Shown here: positions 20,242-29,994 of the stretch, in pieces
Numbering within the stretch: position 1 is the first letter of the stretch
How the letters are laid out: every line of letters begins with the position of its first letter
Assembly: GCA_949292335.1 (NCBI GenBank)
Contig: CASEYY010000021.1
Location: 2,455 to 66,454, forward strand
From: an uncultured Pseudomonadota bacterium
GTDB taxonomy: Bacteria; Pseudomonadota; Alphaproteobacteria; RF32; CAG-239
Direction: 5' to 3'
Length of the DNA: 64,000 bases
Made by a program: the position numbers and the translations under genes
The notes under the pieces: model-generated
Database searches by the model: none
What the model was told of the DNA's origin: nothing
Seen by the model: the letters and a program-made list of their open reading frames with translations, nothing else

Positions 20242-20514
20242 GTGAATAAAAATGAATTGATTTCTAGCATTGCTAGTTCAACCGGCCTTACCAAGACTGA
20301 TTCTGCTAAGGCTTTGGATGCATTTGTATCTTCTGTAACCTCTGCTTTGAAAAAAGGTGACGAAGTTCGTTTGGTTGGTTTTGGTACATTTGCCGTATCA
20401 AAAAGAGCTGCTACAACCGGTCGCAATCCGCGCACTGGTGCTACGATCAAAATTCCTGCTCGTAAGCAAGCTAAATTCAAAGCTGGTAAAGCTTTGCAAG
20501 ACTCTGTAAACTAA
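20242..20514 (+). CDS. hup: DNA-binding protein HU
   Basis: MNKNELISSIA...VGFGTFAVSKRAATTGRNPRTGATIKIPARKQAKFKAGKAL. GTG start 8 nt after an AGAGGGAG RBS. Confidence 0.93.
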   Translation: MNKNELISSIASSTGLTKTDSAKALDAFVSSVTSALKKGDEVRLVGFGTFAVSKRAATTGRNPRTGATIKIPARKQAKFKAGKALQDSVN

Positions 20515-20568
20515 TATATGACGAAGATTGATTATATATTAATTTTCGAACAAAGTTTATAAGCGAAA

Positions 20569-20599
20569 CGGGGCATCTTATATGATGCCTCGTTTTTTT
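20569..20599 (+). terminator. rho-independent terminator after hup
   Basis: cggggcatc / gatgcctcg (one G-U pair) + ttttttt. Confidence 0.7.
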
Positions 20600-20634
20600 A
20601 AGAAAAAAAAGATAAAAAAACATAAAAAAAACAC

Positions 20635-20663
20635 TTGATTAATTTTTTTGAAGAGTGTATAAG
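20635..20663 (+). promoter_or_regulatory. candidate promoter of tRNA-Val (TTGATT-17 nt-TATAAG)
   Basis: Hexamers at 20635..20640 and 20658..20663. The tRNA starts about 20 nt downstream. Confidence 0.45.
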
Positions 20664-20682
20664 ACTTTCCTGTAAGGAACGA

Positions 20683-20758
20683 GGGCGCTTAGCTCAGCTG
20701 GAAGAGCATCTCGTTTACACCGAGAGGGTCGGGAGTTCGAACCTCTCAGCGCCCACCA
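20683..20758 (+). tRNA. tRNA-Val (anticodon TAC), CCA encoded
   Basis: Acceptor gggcgct/agcgccc, anticodon arm tctcg-ttTACac-cgaga, T arm gggag-ttcgaac-ctctc. Confidence 0.95.
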
Positions 20759-20796
20759 ATTAAAAGCCACCCGCAAGGGTGGTTTTTTGGGTATGG
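20746..20796 (+). repeat. direct repeat copy 1 (last 13 nt of tRNA-Val + terminator + ggtatgg)
   Basis: tcagcgcccaccaattaaaagccacccgcaagggtggtttttt..ggtatgg recurs at 20930..20980. Confidence 0.9.
20762..20788 (+). terminator. terminator after tRNA-Val
   Basis: ccaccc-gcaa-gggtgg + tttttt. Confidence 0.75.
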
Positions 20797-20929
20797 GGGC
20801 TTGAGGTTTGAACTCCCGAGGAAGGGAGTTCGACTACAAGGAGTAGGCGAGACGGGAGTATCGCCGGTTTGCCGGATACGGCAAAACTCCGCCAGTGCAA
20901 CTCAAGCCGGCTAGGCTTGAGTCACCGGT
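20797..20929 (+). other. 133-nt GC-rich, hairpin-dense insert between the repeat copies (possible small RNA or element remnant)
   Basis: By my count 78 of 133 nt are G/C, in an AT-rich context. A closing helix ggcttgag/ctcaagcc encloses three hairpins. No ORF. Confidence 0.3.
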
Positions 20930-20980
20930 TCAGCGCCCACCAATTAAAAGCCACCCGCAAGGGTGGTTTTTTTGGTATGG
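20930..20980 (+). repeat. direct repeat copy 2 (tRNA-Val 3' end fragment + second terminator copy, 20946..20973)
   Basis: 51 nt that differ from copy 1 only within the T-run/G junction. Confidence 0.9.
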
Positions 20981-21072
20981 AAAAATTATGCTGATATTTC
21001 GTAAAATTACTGGAAAAACAGAAATATTTGGTTTAACAATGTTGCTATCTGAATACAACAAAAGGTAAGATT

Positions 21073-22371
21073 ATGAAAATAAGTATAATAGGAACAGGAT
21101 ATGTTGGGTTGCCAACAGGTGTCGGTTTTGCAGAGTTGGGAAACGAAGTAACTTGTATTGACAGAGATATTCGTAAAATAGAGGCCTTGAAAGAGGGAAA
21201 AATTACTCTTTATGAGGAAGGTCTTGAAGATTTATTTCATAAAAATGTACGAAGCGGAAACCTAAAGTTTACAACCTCAATGAAAGAAGGAATTCCAGAT
21301 GCTGATTTGGTAATAATAGCTGTCGGTACACCTCCGCACCCTGTCACCAAAGAAGCAGATATGAAATATATTCATGCCGCCGCTACAGAGCTTGCAGAGC
21401 ATTTGAGCGGTTATACCGTAATTGCCACCAAATCCACCGTTCCGGTAGGTACCGGAGATGACATCGAAACCCTAATCAGCAAAAAAAATCCGTTTGCCGA
21501 TTTTGATGTAATTTCGTTGCCGGAATTTTTGCGAGAAGGTTTTGCCGTTCATGACTTTTTTTATCCGGATAGAATAATTGTCGGAGCCGAAAAGGAGAGG
21601 GCTTTTAATCTGATAAAAGAACTGTATCTTCCTTTTGCCGATAAAACCAATATGTTGTTTGTTAAAAGAAGATCTGCCGAAACCATAAAATACGCATCAA
21701 ATGCCTTTTTGGCCATAAAGATACACTATATCAATGAAATGGCGGATTTTTGTGAAGCTTCGGGAGCCGACATCACGGAGGTGGCCAAAGGAATGGGATT
21801 AGACAGCCGTATTGGTAATAAATTCTTAAATCCCGGTCCTGGTTACGGAGGAAGCTGTTTCCCAAAAGATACCATGGCAATGAGCTATATGGCCAGGCAG
21901 AACGGGGTTAAAATGAGTTTGGTTGATGCGGCAATAATTGGCAATCAGCTTCGCAAAGAGCAAATGGCACAAAGAATAAGAAATGCCGTAAAAGGCATAG
22001 AAAATCCTAAAATTGCGGTGCTGGGATTGGCTTTCAAGAATGGCACCGATGACTGCCGTGAAAGTCCGGCTATAGAAATAATAAATAAATTGTTGGAGTA
22101 TGGTCTCAATATAACAGCATACGATCCTAAAGCGATGGGGACGGCTTGCAATATATTTGGCAACAAAATAAGTTACGCCGATGATATGTACCAAGTGATA
22201 AAAGATGCTGATGTACTGGCAATTCTGACTGAATGGGAAGAATTCAAAAATTTGGACTTGGAAAGAGCATCATATTTGATGAAGCATAAAAACATAGTCG
22301 ACTGCCGCAATCTTTTAGATGCGAAAAAAGCCAAGGCTCATGGCTATAGTTATCGAGGTATCGGCAGATAA
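21073..22371 (+). CDS. ugd: UDP-glucose 6-dehydrogenase
   Basis: MKISIIGTGYVGLPTG Rossmann motif and the GGSCFPKD catalytic Cys motif. Confidence 0.93.
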   Translation: MKISIIGTGYVGLPTGVGFAELGNEVTCIDRDIRKIEALKEGKITLYEEGLEDLFHKNVRSGNLKFTTSMKEGIPDADLVIIAVGTPPHPVTKEADMKYIHAAATELAEHLSGYTVIATKSTVPVGTGDDIETLISKKNPFADFDVISLPEFLREGFAVHDFFYPDRIIVGAEKERAFNLIKELYLPFADKTNMLFVKRRSAETIKYASNAFLAIKIHYINEMADFCEASGADITEVAKGMGLDSRIGNKFLNPGPGYGGSCFPKDTMAMSYMARQNGVKMSLVDAAIIGNQLRKEQMAQRIRNAVKGIENPKIAVLGLAFKNGTDDCRESPAIEIINKLLEYGLNITAYDPKAMGTACNIFGNKISYADDMYQVIKDADVLAILTEWEEFKNLDLERASYLMKHKNIVDCRNLLDAKKAKAHGYSYRGIGR

Positions 22372-22386
22372 TTTCATATAATGTTT

Positions 22387-23388
22387 CTAGAGGTGTTTCT
22401 TACCTAAAAGCCAAGGTTTTATTTTTAGGTAGTAGAACATCTGCATGCGGTGAGCTAATTTCATGTTTTTAAAGTGAAACTGGCCTGAGGTAACAGCTTC
22501 TTTTATGTAATCAGTTTCTTCTTTTGTCATGTGACTGAGTTGCTTTCCGTAAAATCTTATGACATTTTTGAAGAAAAATGTTGCTGTAAATCGTGTGATA
22601 GCCTCTTTCTTTTTGTCGGATATATTGGAATTCAAGTATTTATTTTGCAGTTTAACATATCCGTCAACTTCTTTTCGGATATTTATTTTATATTTTTCTT
22701 GGTTAAATGTGTTCATAATTGAAGAATGGTTTATGCGATAAAAATACAAACCGTAGGGAATATGAGCAATACGATTTATTTGTGTCATGACATCAAAAGT
22801 GAAGAGATTATCTTCTCCCGGAGACAGTCCTTCTTCAAAGGGAGTGTTTTTTACATATTGAGTTTTATATACTTTATTCCACACCACGCCGCTGATTTTA
22901 ATTTTTTTCCCGCGATCTGATTTTTTCTTAAGAGCATATATTTCAAACGGATTACAAAAAGTTTCGATGTTTTTTAAATTATTTATGTCAAAAACTTCAC
23001 AGTCTGGAACATTGCCAGTAAATGTAGAACTATCAAACCAGAAAACATCTGCGTTTATTATATTTATGTATTGGTGGATGACTTCAAGAGCTTGCGGATG
23101 CAAGGCATCATCAGAATCTAAAAACAGAGTATATGGGGCTCTTAAAAAAGACATAGCAGCATTACGGGCGGAAGAAAGTCCGCCGTTTTTTTTGTGGATA
23201 ACCTTAAAACGAGCATCGGTTTTAGCATAATTATCCAATATAGATCCACAGTTGTCGGGGCTTCCGTCATCGACACAGATTACCTCGAAATTTTGAAAAG
23301 ATTGATTTTTAATGGAATCAAGGCAAGGTAATAAAAATTTTTCAACTTTGTATACCGGAACGATAATAGATATTTCTGGCATCATCAT
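22387..23388 (-). CDS. GT2 family glycosyltransferase
   Basis: ISIIVPVYKVEKFL...VICVDDGSPD...LDSDD. Confidence 0.85.
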   Translation of the reverse strand: MMMPEISIIVPVYKVEKFLLPCLDSIKNQSFQNFEVICVDDGSPDNCGSILDNYAKTDARFKVIHKKNGGLSSARNAAMSFLRAPYTLFLDSDDALHPQALEVIHQYINIINADVFWFDSSTFTGNVPDCEVFDINNLKNIETFCNPFEIYALKKKSDRGKKIKISGVVWNKVYKTQYVKNTPFEEGLSPGEDNLFTFDVMTQINRIAHIPYGLYFYRINHSSIMNTFNQEKYKINIRKEVDGYVKLQNKYLNSNISDKKKEAITRFTATFFFKNVIRFYGKQLSHMTKEETDYIKEAVTSGQFHFKNMKLAHRMQMFYYLKIKPWLLGKKHL

Positions 23389-23551
23389 TAATCTCTGCTA
23401 TAAGATTCAACACAATGTAATACTATACATTAAAATGTGGAAATCAAACGATAAAATAAAAACAATAACAATATAAATAATCATATTGAAATTTTATTGA
23501 TAGTATAATAGCATGACGCATAAATTGCAGAAAAGACTAAAATGGTGTTTT

Positions 23552-24514
23552 ATGACTAAAGTATCAGTGGTATTGCCGATTTATAATGTTGCAAAATATT
23601 TACCTAAATGTATGGATAGTCTGCTTAAACAAACATTACAAGATGTTGAGATTATTTGTGTAAACGATGAAAGTTCCGATAATTCGTTGCAAATATTAGA
23701 AGATTATGCGGCAAAAGACAACAGAATAAAAATAATCAATCAAAAAAATTCCGGCCCCGGTGTCGCCAGAAATAATGGTATTAAAGCGGCACAAGGAGAA
23801 TATATAGCTTTTTGTGATCCTGACGATTGGGTAGAGCTCAGTGCATATGAGACATTATATAATGCTGCCAAAGAAAACGGAGTTGATTTAGTTGAATATG
23901 CAATTACCGTACACGAAGAAAATAGTCGCAAAAAACAGCTAAAGAACAATCTATATAAACAAGAAATAACATACATAAATGACAATCCTAAAATAATCTT
24001 TCAAGGAGTTTCTGCTGCTTGGAACAAATTTTGCTCGGCAAAGTTGCTTAAAAAAAATAATATATTATTTTCGGAAGGCTATTGTTGTGAGGATTTAATT
24101 TTTTCGGTTTCGGTAAGAGCAAAAGCAAAGATGATATTATATATAGATAAACCTTTTTACAATTACTTACACCGCAAGAGCTCCATAACCCATAAAAAGT
24201 CGGCTGTTAACCTGTTGGTTCCGGATTTTATCAATGATACCTTGAAATTTTTACAAAAGGAAAATATATACCCATCAGTCAAGGAAGAATTTTGGAGTTG
24301 TGCACTTGGACTGGCGAGTCTTCACTATCGCAAATTACCTAAAGAAAATATTGATGAATACAAAGCAAAATGTCAATCCATCATGCCCGAAGATATATAT
24401 AAAAAGTTCGCCGATTATACCAAAGAAAAAACATTTTTAAGACAGTTGTTTTCTTTCGGGTACAACGGAAAAGTATATGAGCTAACAATTTTGGGAATAA
24501 GGATAAAATTTTAG
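23552..24514 (+). CDS. GT2 family glycosyltransferase
   Basis: VSVVLPIYNVAKYL...IICVNDESSD...CDPDD. Start placed at MTKVS (23552). The ORF opens at 23513, but that ATG sits 4 nt after a TATAAT-like hexamer. Confidence 0.8.
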   Translation: MTKVSVVLPIYNVAKYLPKCMDSLLKQTLQDVEIICVNDESSDNSLQILEDYAAKDNRIKIINQKNSGPGVARNNGIKAAQGEYIAFCDPDDWVELSAYETLYNAAKENGVDLVEYAITVHEENSRKKQLKNNLYKQEITYINDNPKIIFQGVSAAWNKFCSAKLLKKNNILFSEGYCCEDLIFSVSVRAKAKMILYIDKPFYNYLHRKSSITHKKSAVNLLVPDFINDTLKFLQKENIYPSVKEEFWSCALGLASLHYRKLPKENIDEYKAKCQSIMPEDIYKKFADYTKEKTFLRQLFSFGYNGKVYELTILGIRIKF

Positions 24515-24565
24515 TGTGGAAAACGATATGGAAAATAAAGCTTCCTAAAAGAATGATGTTCATAT

Positions 24566-25909
24566 ATGAAGCATATCAAATTAAAACAAATTTTTAACAA
24601 AAATGGAAATGTTGCCATGTTTACGATAAAGAAATATATATATAAACTTCTATATGTTTTACGATTAATAGACAAAGATACATATCAAGCTCAAAAAACT
24701 CTATATAACAAACATCTAAAAGATAAACAAAACAGCAAGTTTAGTATCGAAGATTATGTAACGGCAGAACTTAAACCGCAAAATAAAGAATGCTATGAAG
24801 GAGAGGCTTCTGATAACATTGAGTTACAATCCAAAGATCCGTTGCTTTTAGCATACTATTTAACTCAATTTCACCAGACATCTATAAATGATGAAAATTT
24901 TGGCAAAGGATTTACCGAATGGACCAATGTTGCTAAGGCAAAACCTCAATTCACCGGACACTATCAACCTCATATTCCCATGGATGTTGGGTTTTATGAT
25001 TTATCGCATGATGATGTGATGTACCGACAGGTTGAATTAGCAAAAAAATATGGAATAGGAGGTTTTTGTTTTTATTATTATTGGTTTTCTGGGCAAAGAG
25101 TATTGGAAAAACCGCTATTTAATTGGCTCAACAACAAAGAATTAAATTTTCCGTTTTGTTTATTCTGGGCCAACGAAAGCTGGGAGAGTAGATGGTTTGG
25201 CGGAGACAAAAAGACCATTATAGAAGATAATTTTGATATATCGCAAGTCGAGCAGTTTTTTTATGATATACTACCTTTCTTTCAAGATTCTCGCTATATC
25301 AAAGTAAGAGGTAAGCCTCTTTTCATCATATATCATCCCGATAAATTTACCTCAAGTGAGTTGAAGGCAATAATAAAAAAATTTCAAGAGCTGGCAATCA
25401 ATAACGGTCTTAAAGGTTTGCACATTTGTGGTCAAGGTTATAATTTATCAGATAATTTTGTCAAAGAATATGGTCTTGATGCCGTTGCGGAATTCTCACC
25501 ATGTGGTATGAAATTGCCGGAACTTAAAAATAAAAATTTTTGGATAAATCCCAACTATTCAGGAAAGCTCCTTGATTGTAAAGATTTTATAGAAAAAGAA
25601 ACTTGGAAATATAATACATCATATAGCCTGTATAAAGGAGTATTTTGCGGCTGGGATAATACCCCAAGAAATCAAAGCAATTCTCGAATATATTACAATA
25701 TGTCGCCACAAGTATATCAAAAATGGCTAAAAGATACCATTATATGGACTAGGGAACATAACTCATCCGATGAACAAATTATATTTATAAATGCATGGAA
25801 CGAATGGGGAGAGGGTGCACACCTAGAGCCTGATATTAAGTATGGGTACGCAAATCTTCAAGCCACAAGAAACGCAATAGAAGAAGCAAGGAAGTGTAAT
25901 GGAAAATAA
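24566..25909 (+). CDS. WbsX-family (GH99-like) polysaccharide biosynthesis protein
   Basis: GKGFTEWTNV...GFYDLSHDDVMYRQVELAKKYGIGGFCFYYYWF...NAWNEWGEGAHLEPD. Confidence 0.8.
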   Translation: MKHIKLKQIFNKNGNVAMFTIKKYIYKLLYVLRLIDKDTYQAQKTLYNKHLKDKQNSKFSIEDYVTAELKPQNKECYEGEASDNIELQSKDPLLLAYYLTQFHQTSINDENFGKGFTEWTNVAKAKPQFTGHYQPHIPMDVGFYDLSHDDVMYRQVELAKKYGIGGFCFYYYWFSGQRVLEKPLFNWLNNKELNFPFCLFWANESWESRWFGGDKKTIIEDNFDISQVEQFFYDILPFFQDSRYIKVRGKPLFIIYHPDKFTSSELKAIIKKFQELAINNGLKGLHICGQGYNLSDNFVKEYGLDAVAEFSPCGMKLPELKNKNFWINPNYSGKLLDCKDFIEKETWKYNTSYSLYKGVFCGWDNTPRNQSNSRIYYNMSPQVYQKWLKDTIIWTREHNSSDEQIIFINAWNEWGEGAHLEPDIKYGYANLQATRNAIEEARKCNGK

Positions 25910-26804
25910 ACCTCTTATATCAATAATAATTCCAGTATATAATGTTGAGCAATTTTTGCCCAAGTGCTTAGATTCAATTTTAGGCCAAACATATGATAAT
26001 TTAGAAATAATATGTATAAACGACGGCAGCACTGATAATTCCGGAAATATTATAGAAGATTATGCTACTCGTGATTCCCGGGTTATTAATATATATCAAG
26101 AAAATTCTGGTGTTTCTGCGGCCAGAAACCGAGGTATTGAAGTATCGAGAGGAGAATATATAAGTTTTGTGGATTCAGATGACTATATTGAGCCGAATTT
26201 TTATCAAACATTAGTCTCTAATTTTGATAAAGATATAGATGTTGTGCAATGTGGTGTTAATGTCATCAAAGGAGGGCAAATTACCAAGCAACATGTGTGT
26301 AATGATATAATTGTGCAAACAAAGTTTCAGCTATTAGACAACATAAGAAAATGTTATGTATGCAATAAGTTATGGAAATCTGAATTAATCCAAAATAATA
26401 AAATATCTTTTTTTCCGGTGAGTTATTGTGAAGATGTGCTTTTTACATTAGAAGCTATATTTTACGCGAGAAAGTGGAAATTTATTAACTATGTAGGTTA
26501 TAATTACAGATTTAATGAAAAATCTTTAACTAACGATACATCTCGCAGAGAAAAGCATAAAATTTTTTCTCATACAATAATACAAGAGAGTATATCATTT
26601 TTGAATAATCACGCTATTGACAAAAAAACGAAAAATGCTTTTGATAATTTTTTAATAAGACAGCTCATCGGGGTAGAAGACGTAAATAAAAAAGAAGATT
26701 ACGAATATTATAAACAAATCTTTGGCTCGAATAAACAACTGCAAAAGAAACGCCGTAAAGCAATAATAAGAAAGTTGCTAAAATTGATATTTAAACAGGC
26801 ATAA
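25899..26804 (+). CDS. GT2 family glycosyltransferase
   Basis: ISIIIPVYNVEQFL...IICINDGSTD...VDSDD. Overlaps the upstream gene by 11 nt. Confidence 0.85.
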   Translation: MENKPLISIIIPVYNVEQFLPKCLDSILGQTYDNLEIICINDGSTDNSGNIIEDYATRDSRVINIYQENSGVSAARNRGIEVSRGEYISFVDSDDYIEPNFYQTLVSNFDKDIDVVQCGVNVIKGGQITKQHVCNDIIVQTKFQLLDNIRKCYVCNKLWKSELIQNNKISFFPVSYCEDVLFTLEAIFYARKWKFINYVGYNYRFNEKSLTNDTSRREKHKIFSHTIIQESISFLNNHAIDKKTKNAFDNFLIRQLIGVEDVNKKEDYEYYKQIFGSNKQLQKKRRKAIIRKLLKLIFKQA

Positions 26805-26883
26805 ATACAAAAAATGATTTGCAAAGAAACAGTGTTTAAGCATAAGATGAAGCCCATGTAAAAGATTTGCCGGAACAGCCAAT

Positions 26884-27768
26884 ATGAAACCTATATTAAT
26901 TCATTTACATTTATACTATAAGGATATGTTGGCAGAAATGCTTTCATATATTGGCAATGTATCGAAATATGATTATGACTTGTATGTGACGGTTGTAGAA
27001 TATGACAAGGATATAGAAAAACAAATCAAAACTTTCAACGAAAAAGCTCACATAATTCAAGTAGCAAATAGAGGATTCGATGTTTGGCCTTTTGTAAAGG
27101 TTTTGCAATGTATCAATTTAGACGATTACTCATATGTAATAAAGATACATACCAAGCGAGATATGTTTATAGGAGCATCGGTGAACTGCTATGATATGTC
27201 AGGTAGCACACATCGCAAGCTTTTACTGGATTTTATGAGCAGCGAGAGAAAATTCAATAAATGTATGAAAAGTTTTAAGAAAAAGGCCAATCTTGGAATG
27301 GTATCTAATTACAGGCTTATTGTAGACGAAGAACCGTGGAATCAAGAGTGTTATGACAATAGTGCCAAGTTTGTAGAACAGCTTGGGTATTCAAGTGCGA
27401 AGTTTGCGTATATTGCCGGAACTATGTTTATGGTAAGAGCAAAACTCCTGCACCCGCTATTAAGCCTCAATCTCAAAGAAGAGTATTTTGCACCGTCTGA
27501 AAGGGATATAAAATCATTGGCTCACGACATGGAACGTTTTTTAGGTCATATTATTGTAGCTCAAGGATACAATATAGATGATTGTATTACACCGCCTAGC
27601 AAGAGAAAAGGTCCATATACTCCACCAAATCTTATATTCCGTATTCTACATTTTATATATTCTAAAAAAATAACCAAAAAAAATAAAATGCTTATAAAAA
27701 TATTTAAGATACCGATATATTCAAAGACAATAACAGATTCCAAACTATCAAAACCAAGTATCCAATGA
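26884..27768 (+). CDS. rhamnan synthesis protein F (RgpF)-like protein
   Basis: ILIHLHLYYKDM...VANRGFDVWPF...KIHTKRD pattern of the RgpF family. Confidence 0.7.
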   Translation: MKPILIHLHLYYKDMLAEMLSYIGNVSKYDYDLYVTVVEYDKDIEKQIKTFNEKAHIIQVANRGFDVWPFVKVLQCINLDDYSYVIKIHTKRDMFIGASVNCYDMSGSTHRKLLLDFMSSERKFNKCMKSFKKKANLGMVSNYRLIVDEEPWNQECYDNSAKFVEQLGYSSAKFAYIAGTMFMVRAKLLHPLLSLNLKEEYFAPSERDIKSLAHDMERFLGHIIVAQGYNIDDCITPPSKRKGPYTPPNLIFRILHFIYSKKITKKNKMLIKIFKIPIYSKTITDSKLSKPSIQ

Positions 27769-27780
27769 AAGAGGTAAATT

Positions 27781-28953
27781 ATGCAAAATAAAAAAATATT
27801 GCTGATTTCACATGATATGACAGTTACAGGAGCTCCAAACTCACTGTTACGTCAGGCTCAATATTTCAAAAATTATGGATGTGATGTTGAAATATGGACG
27901 CTTGGAGGAGGGGGATTATTAGATAGATATAAAGAAAAAGGTTTTAATCCTGTGTTTGTTAAAAACAGTAGGAGAGACATAAAGGCACAATACGAAAAAA
28001 ATAATAAAAAATATGATTTTATATTGTGCAACACCACCGTAACTTACAAAGCTGTAGATGTTTTACAAAGATACAACACGCCGCTTGTTTGGTTTATACG
28101 CGAAACAAAGCTTGTTGATGAAGGTATGAAAGACGATCCAGATTTTGCAGAGGTGTATAGAAATTTCTACAACATATATACAGTTTCTGAATACGCCGCG
28201 AACATATCGCAAAAGTATAATCAAAATATCAAAATAATAAATAATGCCATAGAAGATGATTTTAAAGATTTCACACCGCTTCATGAGCCAATAACTTTTG
28301 GTTTTATAGGATCCATAATGCCGGTTAAAGGAATTGACTTACTACTTAAGGCTTTTAACAAACTTCATAAACAATATAAAAATACAAAGTTAATCATAGC
28401 TGGTCATTATAACAATAAATATGGTCAATCACTTTATTCACAATCAGCAGATTATGTAGAGTGGCTTGGTGAAATACAAAACGATCAAAAGAAAGTTTTT
28501 TTTGATTGCATAGATTGTTTGTGTGTGCCTTCTTTAGATGAACCCAGTGGTTTGGTTGTATTAGAAGGAGCTATGCAAGGTAAAGCTCTAATTGTGACCG
28601 AGAATACCGGAGCCAACTACATGGTTGATAATGAAAAAAACGGTTTTATAATTGATACAAATGATGTGGAATCTTTGTACGATGCAATGGTTAAACTATG
28701 TAAATCAGATATCAAAACCATGCAAAAGGTATCAAGAGAGAAATATCTTGAATTAGGCACTACGAAACGGGAAGAAAAAGAGGTCATTAAGATGTTGCAT
28801 GACAATATAAACAACTATCCTCAGGTTAATTCGGAGCTGCAACTAGAACCTCGAAAACTTCCTAAATGGCTTGGAAAAATACTATCTTTTCCTATTCCGA
28901 TAAAGAAGTATCGTCAAGAATTTCGTAAAAAATATTTTGAGGGATTTAAATAA
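27781..28953 (+). CDS. GT4 (GT-B fold) glycosyltransferase
   Basis: N-terminal TGAPNSLL and C-terminal PSLDEPSGLVVLEGAMQGKALIVT (EX7E region). GAGGT RBS. Confidence 0.85.
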   Translation: MQNKKILLISHDMTVTGAPNSLLRQAQYFKNYGCDVEIWTLGGGGLLDRYKEKGFNPVFVKNSRRDIKAQYEKNNKKYDFILCNTTVTYKAVDVLQRYNTPLVWFIRETKLVDEGMKDDPDFAEVYRNFYNIYTVSEYAANISQKYNQNIKIINNAIEDDFKDFTPLHEPITFGFIGSIMPVKGIDLLLKAFNKLHKQYKNTKLIIAGHYNNKYGQSLYSQSADYVEWLGEIQNDQKKVFFDCIDCLCVPSLDEPSGLVVLEGAMQGKALIVTENTGANYMVDNEKNGFIIDTNDVESLYDAMVKLCKSDIKTMQKVSREKYLELGTTKREEKEVIKMLHDNINNYPQVNSELQLEPRKLPKWLGKILSFPIPIKKYRQEFRKKYFEGFK

Positions 28954-29981
28954 TGAAAATAATAGAGACTAAAGTTACACCCCAAGGACATTGGAAATTA
29001 TATGTTTGCGGACTAAAAATTTGTTCATTTAAAATCAAAAAAAATAAAAACGCTGATGATTATGGCTTGTACAGGCCATATATCAGTTTGAGCCTTGTGC
29101 CTGATTTTATAGCAAATAAGGATGTATACGATAAAATCGATAAACCGAGGCTATTGGCTAATTTGGATGCTGAATCATACAGAACCATTATGGAAGTATT
29201 AAACAAATATGAGTATCTTTGCAATGGTGGAAGTAAAGATTTATTGGAAACATCTGAACAGATAAAATATAGCAATACAGTTGTTAAAAACTTCATCCAT
29301 AGCATAAAAGATATAGGGGGAGAAATATATCAATATAATAACTTTATTTTGCCGATAAGACATTTTGAAACATCTGTATTTCTAGATGAACATGGCTTAA
29401 ACAAATTCAACTTTACTATAGGAAAAGGGGTAATTATAGATGTTGGAACATATATTGGCGATTCCATCTTAGTATTTAAAAAACACTTTCCTAATAATAA
29501 AGTGATTGGTTTTGAAGGTACAAACAGTAATTATCAAATGGCCCTGCAAACAATGGAGTTAAACAACATTAGTAATGTCGTTGTGGAAAATTTGGCCTTA
29601 GGAGACAAAAGGGGAACACTTGCGATAAGCAGCGATAGCGGAAGTGGCAATTCATATGAGTTTGCTTGCCTTAGTAAAAATATTGAGAATTGCAAGATGG
29701 AAACACTTGATAACTATGTTTTAGAACATAAGATAGATAAGGTTGAATTGATTAAAGTTGATATAGAAGGAGCGGAACAGCTATTCATCAAAGGGGCACT
29801 GGAAACAATAAAAAGAGATAGACCTATAATATTAATGAGTATTTATCACAACTACGATGACCTTATGCATATAAAACCACTTTTTGAAGATTTAAATTTA
29901 GGGTATACATATAAGATACATAAGCCAATAGATACAATTTTCAATGAAATACTTTTAGTATGCATACCTGCAAAAAAATAA
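28953..29981 (+). CDS. FkbM-family methyltransferase
   Basis: IIDVGTYIGDSILVF...GFEGTNSNY...ALGDKRGTLAIS. TAATG overlap with the GT4 gene. Confidence 0.8.
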   Translation: MKIIETKVTPQGHWKLYVCGLKICSFKIKKNKNADDYGLYRPYISLSLVPDFIANKDVYDKIDKPRLLANLDAESYRTIMEVLNKYEYLCNGGSKDLLETSEQIKYSNTVVKNFIHSIKDIGGEIYQYNNFILPIRHFETSVFLDEHGLNKFNFTIGKGVIIDVGTYIGDSILVFKKHFPNNKVIGFEGTNSNYQMALQTMELNNISNVVVENLALGDKRGTLAISSDSGSGNSYEFACLSKNIENCKMETLDNYVLEHKIDKVELIKVDIEGAEQLFIKGALETIKRDRPIILMSIYHNYDDLMHIKPLFEDLNLGYTYKIHKPIDTIFNEILLVCIPAKK

Positions 29982-29994
29982 TACGGAGATAAAA

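Noticed and set aside
20789-20940. Possible tmRNA or tRNA-like gene. The segment begins ggggcttgagg, contains gggagttcgac (reminiscent of the tmRNA 5' GGxUUCGAC box and of a T arm) and ends ggttcagcgcccacca.
   Set aside because: It is far too short for a one-piece tmRNA. No tag reading frame or pseudoknots are visible, and the layout does not fit the permuted two-piece gene, where the CCA piece comes first. No hairpin has a 7-nt anticodon-type loop. I kept it only as an unclassified structured insert.
23513-23551. An N-terminal extension (MTHKLQKRLKWCF) of the second GT2 gene.
   Set aside because: The ATG at 23513 lies only 4 nt after a TATAAT-like hexamer. The conserved GT2 N-terminus starts at MTKVSVVLPIYN (23552). 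The extension was therefore not adopted, although neither start has a good RBS.
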